Below, piece after piece: positions 32,250-43,236 of a stretch of 64,000 bases of DNA. The DNA is from Trypanosoma brucei (Eukaryota). The notes below the pieces were generated by a model. The model had not been told where the DNA came from. It did no database searches and saw nothing but the letters and a program-made list of their open reading frames with translations. The stretch covers positions 1,728,001-1,792,000 of the forward strand of contig CM000208.1 in assembly GCA_000002445.1 (NCBI GenBank), in the 5' to 3' direction. A program made the position numbers and the translations under genes. Each line of letters opens with the position of its first letter. Position 1 is the first letter of the stretch.

Positions 32250-34133
32250 TTGGAAAGGAATTGTGAGGCGACAGGGGCGGCCAACCTTTCCAAGGTAACA
32301 TTGAGGCAGATTGTGCGGGATGTTGCGGCAACTACAGGCGCACACCACAACTCCGATCGCGGCGTTGGAAATTACGAAAATGATACTGGCATTAGCGGTA
32401 GCAGCGGATTAAGTGGCGAAACGAACGCTGGTTGCGTAGAGGAGTCACCCTACAAGGTAGCAATTGCGGATCGGTACGGCATGCCCGCGGAGCTTCCCCC
32501 TTCTGCACCACAGTTTTTTAAAGATCTAGCCGAGCTGTGTCCAAGTGAGACTCTGAGGCGACAGTTGCTGGAGCTTCAGCGGACTCGCAATTGGAATGAC
32601 ATGACAGCCGTGCAGCGCGCGGCAATCCCTCTTGCGTTGGAGCATCGGGATATTCTTTGCATCGCACCCACCGCAACAGGCAAAACGTTCGGTTATTTGT
32701 TTCCGTCTATGCTACGTTTGGCGATGTACGCCGGAACAGATGGTAGTTCGAACCTCACAGGCAGTGTTAGTGAAGACTTGAATAGACCCAACATCGAAAA
32801 GCTTATGCAAGACAAAATGGAAAAAGGTGAAGTGTGTCGTTATTGTGAGTTGTCGGTGACAGAGGTGAGAGTTTGTCCCCTGACTGGGCAACCGCACCCG
32901 GACCCCGTTCCAGAGGATGCAGCGAAGCAGCAGCGGTCTCCCATGTGGGTGAGTGAGCTGTCATCCGTGGCCGAGCCCCTCCTTCTTGTACTCGTTCCTA
33001 CTTCCCAACTCGTCATGCAGGTATATCATCTTTGCAAGAAGTTAGATGCAGACTTCCGCGTTAAGTTTCTCGTTCGCGCCTCCAGTGCGGAGGAGCAGAA
33101 GCGCCACCTGAACGCACTTGAGGGATGTGATGTGTTAATCACCACACCGGAGACCATGCTTCCTGCCCTGTACAAACGCAAGTTATCGCTGAAGCGAGTT
33201 AAAGTGCTTGTTTTAGATGAGGTTGACGACCTATTATCTACCAATCACTTCGAGAAAGTAAAGATCATACTTGGTGCACTTCCCAAAGGTCCGCAGCGTC
33301 CTCAGCGACTGCTCTTCGGTGCCTCGCTTCCCCCATCTGTGTACCAGATGATTAAGGAACAGATGCTTCTTCCATCTCACCGTTTCGTTTTGGTTGATGT
33401 GAAAACTGATAAGCTCGGGCACCCGATTGCTCCCGCCCCTGGTTCCATATGTGGAGCTGCGGTTTGCGCATCCATAACGCATGTTGTTTTTATGGTTTCG
33501 CAAGCAGAGAAGATCAGCAGGTTGGCTTGGCTCTACAGCAGCGGTAAGTTGCGTAAGGATCAGCGAACCCTCATATTCTGTAATTCGCGCCATAATGTGG
33601 CGTACGTGTGTGAGCGGTTGCAAAACCTTGTACCCGGTCTGCGTGTGACGACACTCACATCCCACTCGTCCGCCACGGGGAAAACAGGTACGATGAAACT
33701 GTTCAGCAGAGGTGCCTCCACTTGTCTCATATGCACGGATATTCTCAGTCGTGGCATTGACTTTGCTGATGTGATATATGTTGTCCATTATGACGTACCA
33801 ACTGAGTTCGAGACGTGGGTGCATCGCAGTGGCCGTTGCGGAAGGCGAGGGCTGCGGGGTTACTGTTACACGTTCTTCCAACCGGAGAATGTACGGTTGG
33901 CGAAGCCACTTGTAGCACATCTGCGACAAACACAGCAACTGATTCCGCCAAAACTTCAGGAATATGCGCGACAATCCCTCATCGATGTGTTTAAAACTTC
34001 TTTATTTTACCATCCGACACGCCGATATCGACCGAGGGACCCGCAGCAGCAGGCCCCTGTTCTGGGACGCGCAACACCCCGCTTCCCGGATTATAAGCAA
34101 GACAGGCTGAACAAGAACTTTAGGCCTCTTTGA
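32250..34133 (+). CDS. DEAD-box (DEVD variant) ATP-dependent RNA helicase. The frame-0 body is open from 32250 but has no ATG before 32481. An upstream frame-1 ORF (ATG 32068..32298) encodes a mitochondrial-presequence-like leader that overlaps it; see findings.
   Basis: Q motif TAVQRAAIP; motif I APTATGKT; motif II VLDEVDDLL; motif III SAT; motif V/VI TDILSRGIDF and HRSGRCGRRG. The track start at 32250 is TTG. Confidence 0.8.
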   Translation: MERNCEATGAANLSKVTLRQIVRDVAATTGAHHNSDRGVGNYENDTGISGSSGLSGETNAGCVEESPYKVAIADRYGMPAELPPSAPQFFKDLAELCPSETLRRQLLELQRTRNWNDMTAVQRAAIPLALEHRDILCIAPTATGKTFGYLFPSMLRLAMYAGTDGSSNLTGSVSEDLNRPNIEKLMQDKMEKGEVCRYCELSVTEVRVCPLTGQPHPDPVPEDAAKQQRSPMWVSELSSVAEPLLLVLVPTSQLVMQVYHLCKKLDADFRVKFLVRASSAEEQKRHLNALEGCDVLITTPETMLPALYKRKLSLKRVKVLVLDEVDDLLSTNHFEKVKIILGALPKGPQRPQRLLFGASLPPSVYQMIKEQMLLPSHRFVLVDVKTDKLGHPIAPAPGSICGAAVCASITHVVFMVSQAEKISRLAWLYSSGKLRKDQRTLIFCNSRHNVAYVCERLQNLVPGLRVTTLTSHSSATGKTGTMKLFSRGASTCLICTDILSRGIDFADVIYVVHYDVPTEFETWVHRSGRCGRRGLRGYCYTFFQPENVRLAKPLVAHLRQTQQLIPPKLQEYARQSLIDVFKTSLFYHPTRRYRPRDPQQQAPVLGRATPRFPDYKQDRLNKNFRPL

Positions 34134-34480
34134 ACCCCTGAAAGGAGGTGAAAGTTGGCTTTCCCTACGGCTCATGTCAGTGCTTTAAAAGCCTTTGGCT
34201 TAGCTGGTTGCTCAACCCCTATTAATCACGCGATCGAGATTAATTACTGCCTTTGCACCACCTTTCCCTCTCCCCTTCACCCCACAAACGCGATGTATTT
34301 TTCCCCGATATTGCGTTTATCTGTTAAATGTGTTCACCTTTCCTTTATATACTCACTACAGAGGTAATATCTTGACACCAAGAGCAAAAAAGAAAAAAAA
34401 ACCTTTGCCATACGAAAAGAAATACAACATTAAGTGACCACAATACATCCAGACAAATTTTAAAACTACATCCTTGAGGA

Positions 34481-35470
34481 ATGTTTCGTAACCACGCATC
34501 GAGGATCACTGCCGCAGCTGCGCCTTGGGTGCTCCGGACGGCTTGCCGCCAGAAGTCTGACGCCAAAACACCTGTGTGGGGACACACTCAACTGAACCGT
34601 CTCAGTTTTTTGGAAACCGTGCCTGTCGTTCCTTTGCGTGTTTCCGATGAAAGCAGTGAGGACCGCCCCACCTGGAGCCTTCCCGATATTGAGAATGTGG
34701 CCATAACGCACAAGAAGCCAAACGGCCTCGTTGATACACTCGCCTACCGCAGCGTCCGCACCTGCCGCTGGTTATTTGACACATTCTCTCTCTACCGTTT
34801 CGGTTCCATCACGGAGAGCAAAGTCATCAGCCGCTGCCTTTTTCTTGAAACTGTTGCCGGTGTCCCGGGGATGGTCGGTGGAATGTTGCGCCACCTTTCA
34901 TCATTGCGGTACATGACGCGCGACAAGGGTTGGATTAACACTCTTCTTGTTGAAGCAGAGAATGAGCGCATGCACCTCATGACGTTCATTGAACTTCGCC
35001 AACCAGGGCTCCCCCTACGCGTTTCCATCATTATTACGCAAGCCATTATGTACCTCTTCCTCCTGGTCGCCTATGTGATTTCCCCCCGTTTTGTACACCG
35101 CTTTGTCGGTTACCTTGAAGAGGAAGCCGTCATTACATACACCGGCGTTATGAGAGCAATTGACGAAGGAAGGCTGCGCCCTACCAAAAATGATGTTCCC
35201 GAAGTGGCTCGCGTGTACTGGAACCTCAGCAAAAATGCCACATTCCGCGACCTCATCAACGTGATCCGAGCTGACGAGGCGGAGCACCGTGTCGTTAACC
35301 ACACATTTGCTGACATGCACGAAAAACGCCTGCAAAACAGTGTCAACCCCTTCGTTGTTCTGAAGAAGAACCCAGAGGAAATGTACTCCAACCAACCAAG
35401 TGGTAAGACAAGGACGGATTTTGGAAGCGAAGGCGCCAAAACTGCGAGTAATGTAAACAAACACGTGTAA
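34481..35470 (+). CDS. TAO: Trypanosome alternative oxidase (mitochondrial ubiquinol oxidase, di-iron carboxylate protein), 329 aa.
   Basis: ATG at 34481. N-terminal mitochondrial presequence (MFRNHASRITAAAAPWVLRTACRQ). Di-iron ligand motifs LETVAGVPGMVGG, EAENERMHL, LEEEAVITY and RADEAEHR. Its length and sequence match T. brucei TAO. Confidence 0.95.
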   Translation: MFRNHASRITAAAAPWVLRTACRQKSDAKTPVWGHTQLNRLSFLETVPVVPLRVSDESSEDRPTWSLPDIENVAITHKKPNGLVDTLAYRSVRTCRWLFDTFSLYRFGSITESKVISRCLFLETVAGVPGMVGGMLRHLSSLRYMTRDKGWINTLLVEAENERMHLMTFIELRQPGLPLRVSIIITQAIMYLFLLVAYVISPRFVHRFVGYLEEEAVITYTGVMRAIDEGRLRPTKNDVPEVARVYWNLSKNATFRDLINVIRADEAEHRVVNHTFADMHEKRLQNSVNPFVVLKKNPEEMYSNQPSGKTRTDFGSEGAKTASNVNKHV

Positions 35471-38400
35471 GAGCTGACATTACCTTTGATGGAGTTCCGC
35501 CTTTCAGAGTGATTTGAATGCATGCATTTGTGTTTCTTTTTTTTTTTGGCTCAATATTGTGTTCATGTGTGTGTGTGTGTGTGTGTGTGGTGCGTGTGGA
35601 TTGTGGGGATGGGGGCGGGGGAAATTATGAAATAATCGGCAGAGGGCAGGGTCAAATGAGAGGGAAAGAGGAATATATAAATATATATTTATTTATATTT
35701 ATATTTCTACTCGCTTATTTGTGCTTGGATGCCATCAGTGAAAATTATATGCGTCCTCGAACTCACCGGATGTAAGGAAGCGCGCAGGTTTACTCACGTT
35801 ACAGTGAAAATGTGTAACGCAAGAAAAAACAAAAAGGCTTGTGAGCAAAAAAGAGGAGGAAGGAGGAGAAGGTTAAAAAGAGGAGAGATGCAAAAAAAAA
35901 AAAGGTGAAACAGGAGCAAGAAAAGGTACAGATGTTCAAACAGAGGCAACAAAAAGAGAGACACAAAGTCATAAAATATATTTAGTGATCTATTGAAAGT
36001 GATTTGAGATATTTCAAAAAAAAAAATAAGTGACAACGATGGGAACAATTTTTAATATTAAAAAGAAAAGGGGAAAAAACTATTTTTCCCAACGTGGATT
36101 TTTTTTGTTTTTTCTCCCCTTTTCTTTTCCCACGTCTTTATCCTCTATCCCGTTGGCTGCTTTCCTTTTTTTGTTGTTGTTTTTTTTTTACTGTTTGTTT
36201 TTTGTTCCGTCCATTATTGATCGATTACTGAAGTTTTCGTATCATATGAAATATTTGCTTCTGTTTTGTTGTATAAATAAATATAAATTATTTTTCTTTT
36301 AATCTCTCTTTCCTACTCCTCTTTCATTTGACCTCGCTGTTTTGCCGTCATTTGCTTCCGGTTTTGTTTGGGATGTTTTATGTTAAGTTGTGTTGTGTTA
36401 TATTTTCCTCCTCGACATTATGCGAGAGGGAGAAATGACGGAGTGAAAGAAAGGGGGGAAAAAATGAAAAATAAAAATAAAAAAAAGATGGAACGGTACG
36501 GTGCCCCCAATGAAACCGATATGATTAAATGAGTGAACTGAAAGATTTGGTTTGTATTTTGTTGTGTTATGTTGTGTTATGTGGCGATGCCTTCCCCTGT
36601 GGAGGAGCAACAATAAAAGCAGTGCCTTGGGAATAATAAAAAGAAGAGAGAGAGAGAGAAGAGTAATGTGAAGGGCTGCACAAACATAGTTTTTTTTTCC
36701 CACACACACACACACACACGCACACTTTGGTTTGTTTCGTTTTGTGTTCTTTATTGTGTGCATGAGACTGTCATTAAAAAGAAAAAGAAATAAAAAGAGA
36801 GAAAACATAAAAGAATACGAAATGACGGTGACTTCATACAAGCGTATACGCATGAATATAATAAATATATTTAAATCATGGGTATATGTATTTATATTTA
36901 TATTTGTATGAAGTTGCTAGTGTTCGTGTGCATGTGTTTGGGTGGTGGGGAGAAGCAAGTGACTGAAATGAAAAAAAAAGGAAAGAGGTTATAAAAACAA
37001 TTATGATAATAATAATATACGCGTTGCTTTAGAAATACAGAATGTTTTTTTTTAAAAAAAAATAAATAAAACAGTGGACGGGAAGTGAGATATGTTTTCC
37101 TTTGTTACTATAACAAAACAACAACAACAATAATAATAATAACAATAGCAGTAACGGTAACGATAACGATAATTATAAGAGTAATTTAGAAAGTAAAAGC
37201 AACAAATATTTAATTATTCATTTATGTGGTAGAGAAAGAGAGAGAGAGAGTAAAAGGGGAAAAGGTAGGAATAGGAATAACATTGTTTGTGTTTGTGCTT
37301 TTTTTTCTTTTTTTTCTTTTTTTTCATGTGTGTGTGTTGGGGGGGGGGAACTTCTTTAATTCAACCACTTGTACAACAAAACTTCCAGTAATCGAAGGGT
37401 AAAATCAAATGAGAAGCGGGGGAAAATGTTTTTTTTTGTTTGTTTGTTTGTTTAATGAAAGGAGAAGTATATATGTATATTTATATATACGAATATGTGC
37501 ATCTTTTAAATATTTTAGGTCATCTTCAATATCCTTTCTTCTTTTTTTTTGTGTGTGTGAGAGAGGGAGAGAGAGATTTTTTTTTGTTCGCTTTGTGGCT
37601 CTGACGTGTTCGGCAATCCCATTAGAGAAAAGAAAAAGTTTAGGTATTTTTTTTTATTTAAAAAAAAAAAAGCGTCGTAAGATTTGCGGTCCCCGTATGC
37701 ACATGGCGGTTGCATCTCGTATGTTTTCTCCATTTTTTTTCTTTTTTATTCAGTTATCAACAGTTTCCTTTCTATCTTTTTTTTCTTTTTTTTCTTTATT
37801 ATAATAATTATTGTTCCTTTTCTTTTCATTTTACCTTTTTCTTTTCTGTTTTTGTGTCGTTTATGCTGTTAAAAGAAAAAAAAATGAAAGAAGGGAAAAA
37901 ATAAAAGGAGTGAAGGAGGGACGGACTGGCGGGTGGGAAAAGAAAAGAAAAGAAAAAAACAAAAAAAAGGAAAAGGAAAAAGGAATATATTTTACGATTC
38001 GAAGCAGCCAAAATGAAGTTGTGGTCAGTTAGACGGGGTGAAAGTTTTTTTTTAATTCTTTTCTTTTTCCACTGTTTTTACTCCCTTTCCCCCTTTTCTC
38101 TCCCGTCCTTATCATTATTATTATCATCATCATCCGCTTTGTTTTGTTATATTTTATTCATTTTTCATTTATATCCTTCAGATTCTTCTTTTGGTTGTTG
38201 TAATGACGATGGGTCTGTAGTTGTTTTTTTTTGTTTTTTTTGTCCCAAACTTTAACCAACCTTAAGTTTGAGGATCATTCAAAACGCATCAACTGGTGGA
38301 AAATACGGGGAAAGGGTTAATGGGCGAGAAAAAGAAAAAAATGAAACAACAGCAACAAATAAAAAAAGAGAGAGAGAACAAAAAAAAAAAAAAATATATA

Positions 38401-39594
38401 TATATATAAGAGAAACGGAAGGACAAAGTTGATAGTTATGATGTTTTTAAAAAAAAAAGAAAAGTTAACTTTCCTCCGTTTATTTCATATTTACACAAAT
38501 GACCATTATGCACCAGTTATACAGCATCAGAAAGAGAAAAGGGGAAAGGAAATAAATAAGGAAGGGAGGTACTCATGTCTGTTTTATGTTTTGTGCATTT
38601 GTATGTATGACTGTGCGTAGTTGCACACATTTTCTTCCTCCTTTCTTTCTTTTTATTTATTTGTTTGTTTCTTTCTTTCTCATCATTTGAATGGTGGTAA
38701 GAAGGTTATATGGGGGAGGAAAACAAAAAAATATATTTATATCTACATCCATACCTATATTTATTAAATTCCACATGCAGACACATATGTATATATAAAA
38801 ATGAGAGTGTTTAGAGACGGCGCATTTGTCACTGATCTCTCACGCTCTGATTTGAGATATGTTTTGCTTTTCATCTTCTCGCCTCTTCGTCCTTCTTTTC
38901 CTTGTTTTGTCTCTATCTTCTATCTTAATATCATTGTTTTTTTGTTTTTTTTTTAGAAATGAAGCCTTCAAAACAAAACAAAAAGCAATGATTATGTTAT
39001 GTTCTAACTTAGTTTCATTTAGATGAATATACGCGACATGTTCACAACGCATGGAAAAGTTGCTGAAGTAAACAGCATGGAAATCATGTGTATAATCGCG
39101 GAGGCGAAGTTGCGCGGAGGGAACAAGGGAAATGCATTGAATTAATATTATAAAAGCAACAGGAGATGTAAAAATATTTAAAAAAAAAAAGAAACAAAGT
39201 CACCAGTGAAATGGTTCTGATGCATGACGTTAAGGTGGATTTCATCACTCACAGGCTGTGTTAGTTTGTGTTATTTATCTTTAGATTTCAGGAATTATTT
39301 TCACTGAGAAGTCGAGTAAAATGAATGAATGACTTAATGAAAAGAGCTGGACTTCAATTCTCCCTCCAACCCTTAATGTTTTCAGTACTATTTCCTTTCG
39401 TTCTCTTCCTGCTGCTGCTATGCCCTTTTTTTTTAATTTTCTTGAACCTTCGTTTTGGATCAATCTATTTAAGCGAAAGACTTTCTCTAAGGTGGGACGC
39501 GTTTCCTATAAAAAGAAATAAAATTAACGAAAATAAAAAGAAGGAGGGTTGCGTGGTCTAAAGGTTCAGAAAAGGGGAAATTAAGGCATAGCAA
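35471..39594. repeat. A 4.1-kb AT-rich, low-complexity region with no genes. It is packed with homopolymer runs, (GT)n, (CA)n, (GA)n and (AAT/TTG)n microsatellites, and alternating homopurine/homopyrimidine blocks.
   Basis: Seen directly: (GT)12 at 35566..35589, (GA)8 at 36644..36659, (CA)10 at 36700..36719, and G10 at 37339..37348. All ORFs called here are F/L/K-rich low-complexity artefacts. Confidence 0.85.
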
Positions 39595-40860
39595 ATGAGT
39601 TCGGTAAAGAGTAAAGGTTCAAGTTGTTCCACAGCTGATGTTGTGCGCATCGATGGAATATATTACGATACGGCAAAACTTGCAGCAATTCATTGCGGTG
39701 GCCCAACGATGGTAAATATGGCAAATGGTACGGATTGCACACGTGTATTCCTCAGCTACCACCGTCGTCGGTTTCCCCACGAAAAATACAAGTCGCTGCA
39801 GGTTTCACCTTCGGATGTGTTGGATGGTGCGGTCACCGATGAACCCGACACTACAAACTTTGATAAATATTTGGACTTGTGCTCACTGATACGTCCCGTC
39901 ATTGCCCCGACTGGAGGCTTTGCACCATGGCATTATTTCATCAAGACGTTATTTTGGTGCAGTCTTGTTTTCTTCTTGGATATTTATGCCATATTTGCCT
40001 TTAGGTCCTTATACCTCACTATCATCCAATCATTAGCCATGGCAATGGTGGGACTTAATGTGCAGCATGATGCCAATCACGGCGCTATTAGCCGCTACCC
40101 GCTCATTAACACAATTTTTGGACTCACTCAAGACATATTGGGTGGAAGCCGCATCAGTTGGATCATTCATCATGATTTCATTCATCACGTGTACACAAAC
40201 GAACCTCATCATGACTTGGATCTGGATATTCCCTTATTGAGACTTCATCGCTTCGTTCCCAAGCGGCTGTGTTATGCATTTCAGCATATTTATTTTCTTC
40301 TTCTAGAGGCCGTGTTTGGGCCTGTTCATGTTATATCCAGCATGAAATTTGTTTGGCAGGGTCCCACTACGAAACAGCGGTTCCTGCAGCGAGAGTGGAC
40401 AATGAGCCGAATTTTGACACTTATTCCACCACTGCGTCTTGCCCTTAACATTCTTCACGCGCCAACGCTCCTCCATGCATTAATCTCGACATTCCTGCAA
40501 TATGCAATTGGCGGAATGTACCTCGCTTTCTTTTTCCTCATTTCCCACAACTTCCATGGAGTGAGGAAAGACGGAACTGAGGTGGGGGAGTGTTTTGTGA
40601 AGGCGCAAGTGGAAACAAGTAGTAGTGTTGGTGGTTGGTGGCTGGCACAGCTTAATGGTGGGCTAAACTACCAAATAGAACATCATTTATTCCCCCGTGT
40701 GCACCATAGTTATTACCACTACCTTGCTCCTATTGTGCGGGATTACTGTACGAAACTCGGTATTTCGTACACACGCTTCGATACCGTGTTGGATAACGTC
40801 GTGAGCACCTCTAAACACCTCGCCCAGTTCGGAAAAGGCATAGAAGACAAACGGTTGTGA
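39595..40860 (+). CDS. Front-end-type membrane fatty-acid desaturase (delta-4/5/6-like, QxxHH third histidine box), 421 aa, with an N-terminal cytochrome-b5-like region.
   Basis: ATG at 39595. Histidine boxes HDANHG, HHDFIHH and QIEHHLFP. Several predicted TM helices. Confidence 0.8.
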   Translation: MSSVKSKGSSCSTADVVRIDGIYYDTAKLAAIHCGGPTMVNMANGTDCTRVFLSYHRRRFPHEKYKSLQVSPSDVLDGAVTDEPDTTNFDKYLDLCSLIRPVIAPTGGFAPWHYFIKTLFWCSLVFFLDIYAIFAFRSLYLTIIQSLAMAMVGLNVQHDANHGAISRYPLINTIFGLTQDILGGSRISWIIHHDFIHHVYTNEPHHDLDLDIPLLRLHRFVPKRLCYAFQHIYFLLLEAVFGPVHVISSMKFVWQGPTTKQRFLQREWTMSRILTLIPPLRLALNILHAPTLLHALISTFLQYAIGGMYLAFFFLISHNFHGVRKDGTEVGECFVKAQVETSSSVGGWWLAQLNGGLNYQIEHHLFPRVHHSYYHYLAPIVRDYCTKLGISYTRFDTVLDNVVSTSKHLAQFGKGIEDKRL

Positions 40861-41649
40861 TTACTGGTGAGCTAACTCTCAGAGCTTTAAGGAATGTAAC
40901 ACATAACACGAACTTAACTTAAATTAACCTTTTGTTTGAATAAAACAGTTGCTTGCCCACATTGCCGAATGGCTGTTGTGGACAAGTGACGACACGAAAT
41001 GGAAGTTGAAGCGTGTCACAAAATAAACTAGAGGGGGTGACGGGAGGCGTAAAAACATCTTTCGTACCACTGAACGGAGCGCCGTTGGCGTTGTGTACAT
41101 TGCATTTTCCACTGGTAATTATGTGCTTCAGCTCTTTTAAACATACATGTGGACGACATGAGGGAATGTTTTCTTGGCTTTTTTTTTTCCTTTTACTATT
41201 TACTGCTGCAGTTATTATTATTATTTTTTTTTTTTATGTAATCGGTTCTGTGCGGGTATGCTGTTTTGTTGGCTAAATTTTTGTATTACCTCATGCCATG
41301 TGTTTGTGAGTTTGTCCTGTTAGCAACCCTCTTCACCCACTTGTACACTTCCCGCTACTTTCTGTTTAAAATGTGTTGATATCCATTCTTCATTTCCTTT
41401 CACTTAATTTATGTGTACGCATTTAGCAGCATCAGCTCCGTATCGAAGGCTCCATCTTGGCTTGCTCTACACCTTAAGCGGGAGGGAGAAAGAAATAATA
41501 ATAATAATAATAGTAACTAATTTTTTTTTTAAAAAAAAAGAGGAAACGAATAGCCAAAGAACGAGAGATCGACTATCGCTAGAGGGGAATAAAAATAAAA
41601 AGTGAAAGCGAAAGGAGAGGAGAGTTCCTGAAGATTCGTGTTGTGGTAC

Positions 41650-43236
41650 ATGCCAGCCGTCCGTACGAAAAGTGGCCATGGCGTGGAGTACACAGACGAA
41701 GCCATCACCGCAACGTATAGTTACAACACAACACGTGTGGAGAAGGAAGCAAATGGTGATGTGACTGTACAACCAATCCAACTCCACCTGAAGTTCCGCA
41801 CCCAACGCAAAGTACAACGCACAGGTGTTATGTTAATTGGATGGGGTGGAAACAATGGCACCACCGTGACGGCCGCTCTTATGGCTCATAAACACGGAGT
41901 CTCGTGGCGCACCAAAACTGGAACGAAACAACCGGATTATCTCGGCTCCATCACGCAGTCAAGCACGATGAGCGTAGGTCTTACAAGTGAAATGGAGGAG
42001 GTCTTCGTGCCCATGAAGGCTCTGGTACCAATGATAAATCCAGCCGAACTCGTAATTGGCGGTTGGGACTGCAGTGGTATGAATATTGCTGATGCCATGC
42101 GTCGGGCACAAGTTCTAGATGTCACGCTACAAGATGCCTTGTACAACTATTTGAAGGATATGCATCCGCTTCCCGCTGCATTCGACCTCGACTTTGTCGC
42201 GGAGAATCAACTCAGTCGTGCGGATAACATCATGCAGACAAAGAATAAGTGGGAGTCGGTGGAGCAGCTGCGGGCGGATATCCGCAACTTCAGGGAAAAG
42301 AATTCTCTTGAAGAAGTTATCGTACTTTGGACAGCGAACACCGAACGCTTCTCAGAGCATATCACCGGGGTTCATGACACTGCTGATCATTTGATCGATG
42401 CCATACGGCGGAATGAGAATGAAATTGCCCCTTCCGTACTGTATGCAACAGCAGCTATTATGGAAGGCTGCAGTTATATCAACGGAGCTCCACAAAATAC
42501 CTTATGTACTGGCCTTATAGAGCTTGCCCGTAGGCATGGTGTGTTTGTTGTTGGGGATGACTTTAAAAGTGGTCAAACAAAGGTGAAAAGTGGCCTGGTG
42601 GAGTTCTTCATGGATGCCGGTATTAAACCCGAGTGCATAGCCAGCTACAACCATCTTGGCAATAATGACGGATATAACTTGGCAGCCCCAAAGCAGTTTC
42701 GTTCGAAGGAGGTTACGAAAGGCGGTGTGCTGGACGATATGGTATCGTCAAACAGTATTCTTTACCCACCAGGAAGCCGAGGCCCTGATCACTGCATTGT
42801 TATTAAGTACCTCCCGTATGTGGGTGACAGCAAACGTGCATTGGATGAGTACAACTTCTCAATATTTATGGGAGGTGAACAAACAGTGGTGCTCCATAAC
42901 ACATGCCAGGACTCGTTGCTGGCTGCACCACTTATCATTGATTTGGTTGTGCTAACTGAGTTGATGCACCGTGTCACCGTGACGCAATGCGATGGGGAAG
43001 GTTGTTGTGACAAGAAGGAAAAAATGACATCATATACGCATATGGAAACGGTGCTTTCACTTTTATCTTACTTGCTGAAGGCTCCACGTGTGCCGGAGGG
43101 AACACCTGTGGTGAATGGACTAAATCGACAGGGGCAAGCCATTAAGAATGTATTGCGTGCACTCGTTGGACTTCCACCGGATAACAATATGCAACTGGAA
43201 TGCCGACTGCCTTTCCTTCGCGGCGTGGGAAGTTGA
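41650..43236 (+). CDS. INO1: myo-Inositol-1-phosphate synthase.
   Basis: The track start at 41638 is GTG; the first ATG is 41650 (MPAVRTKSG). NAD-binding motif GWGGNNGTT and conserved SYNHLGNNDG. Full-length similarity to eukaryotic INO1. Confidence 0.93.
   Translation: MPAVRTKSGHGVEYTDEAITATYSYNTTRVEKEANGDVTVQPIQLHLKFRTQRKVQRTGVMLIGWGGNNGTTVTAALMAHKHGVSWRTKTGTKQPDYLGSITQSSTMSVGLTSEMEEVFVPMKALVPMINPAELVIGGWDCSGMNIADAMRRAQVLDVTLQDALYNYLKDMHPLPAAFDLDFVAENQLSRADNIMQTKNKWESVEQLRADIRNFREKNSLEEVIVLWTANTERFSEHITGVHDTADHLIDAIRRNENEIAPSVLYATAAIMEGCSYINGAPQNTLCTGLIELARRHGVFVVGDDFKSGQTKVKSGLVEFFMDAGIKPECIASYNHLGNNDGYNLAAPKQFRSKEVTKGGVLDDMVSSNSILYPPGSRGPDHCIVIKYLPYVGDSKRALDEYNFSIFMGGEQTVVLHNTCQDSLLAAPLIIDLVVLTELMHRVTVTQCDGEGCCDKKEKMTSYTHMETVLSLLSYLLKAPRVPEGTPVVNGLNRQGQAIKNVLRALVGLPPDNNMQLECRLPFLRGVGS

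Noticed and set aside
32068-32298. The 76-codon ORF as a stand-alone small gene
   Set aside because: It is better explained as the presequence-bearing 5' part of the adjacent helicase, separated by a frameshift (see finding).
39230-39330. A possible C/D snoRNA: CUGAUGC box ~95 nt upstream of CUGA, with a weak terminal stem
   Set aside because: The boxes are degenerate and the terminal stem is poor. This is indistinguishable from chance without a guide-complementarity or expression check.
35518-39561. Over 20 small ORFs (60-150 codons) inside the AT-rich desert
   Set aside because: They are F/L/K/S-rich translations of homopolymer and microsatellite DNA with no codon-usage signal.
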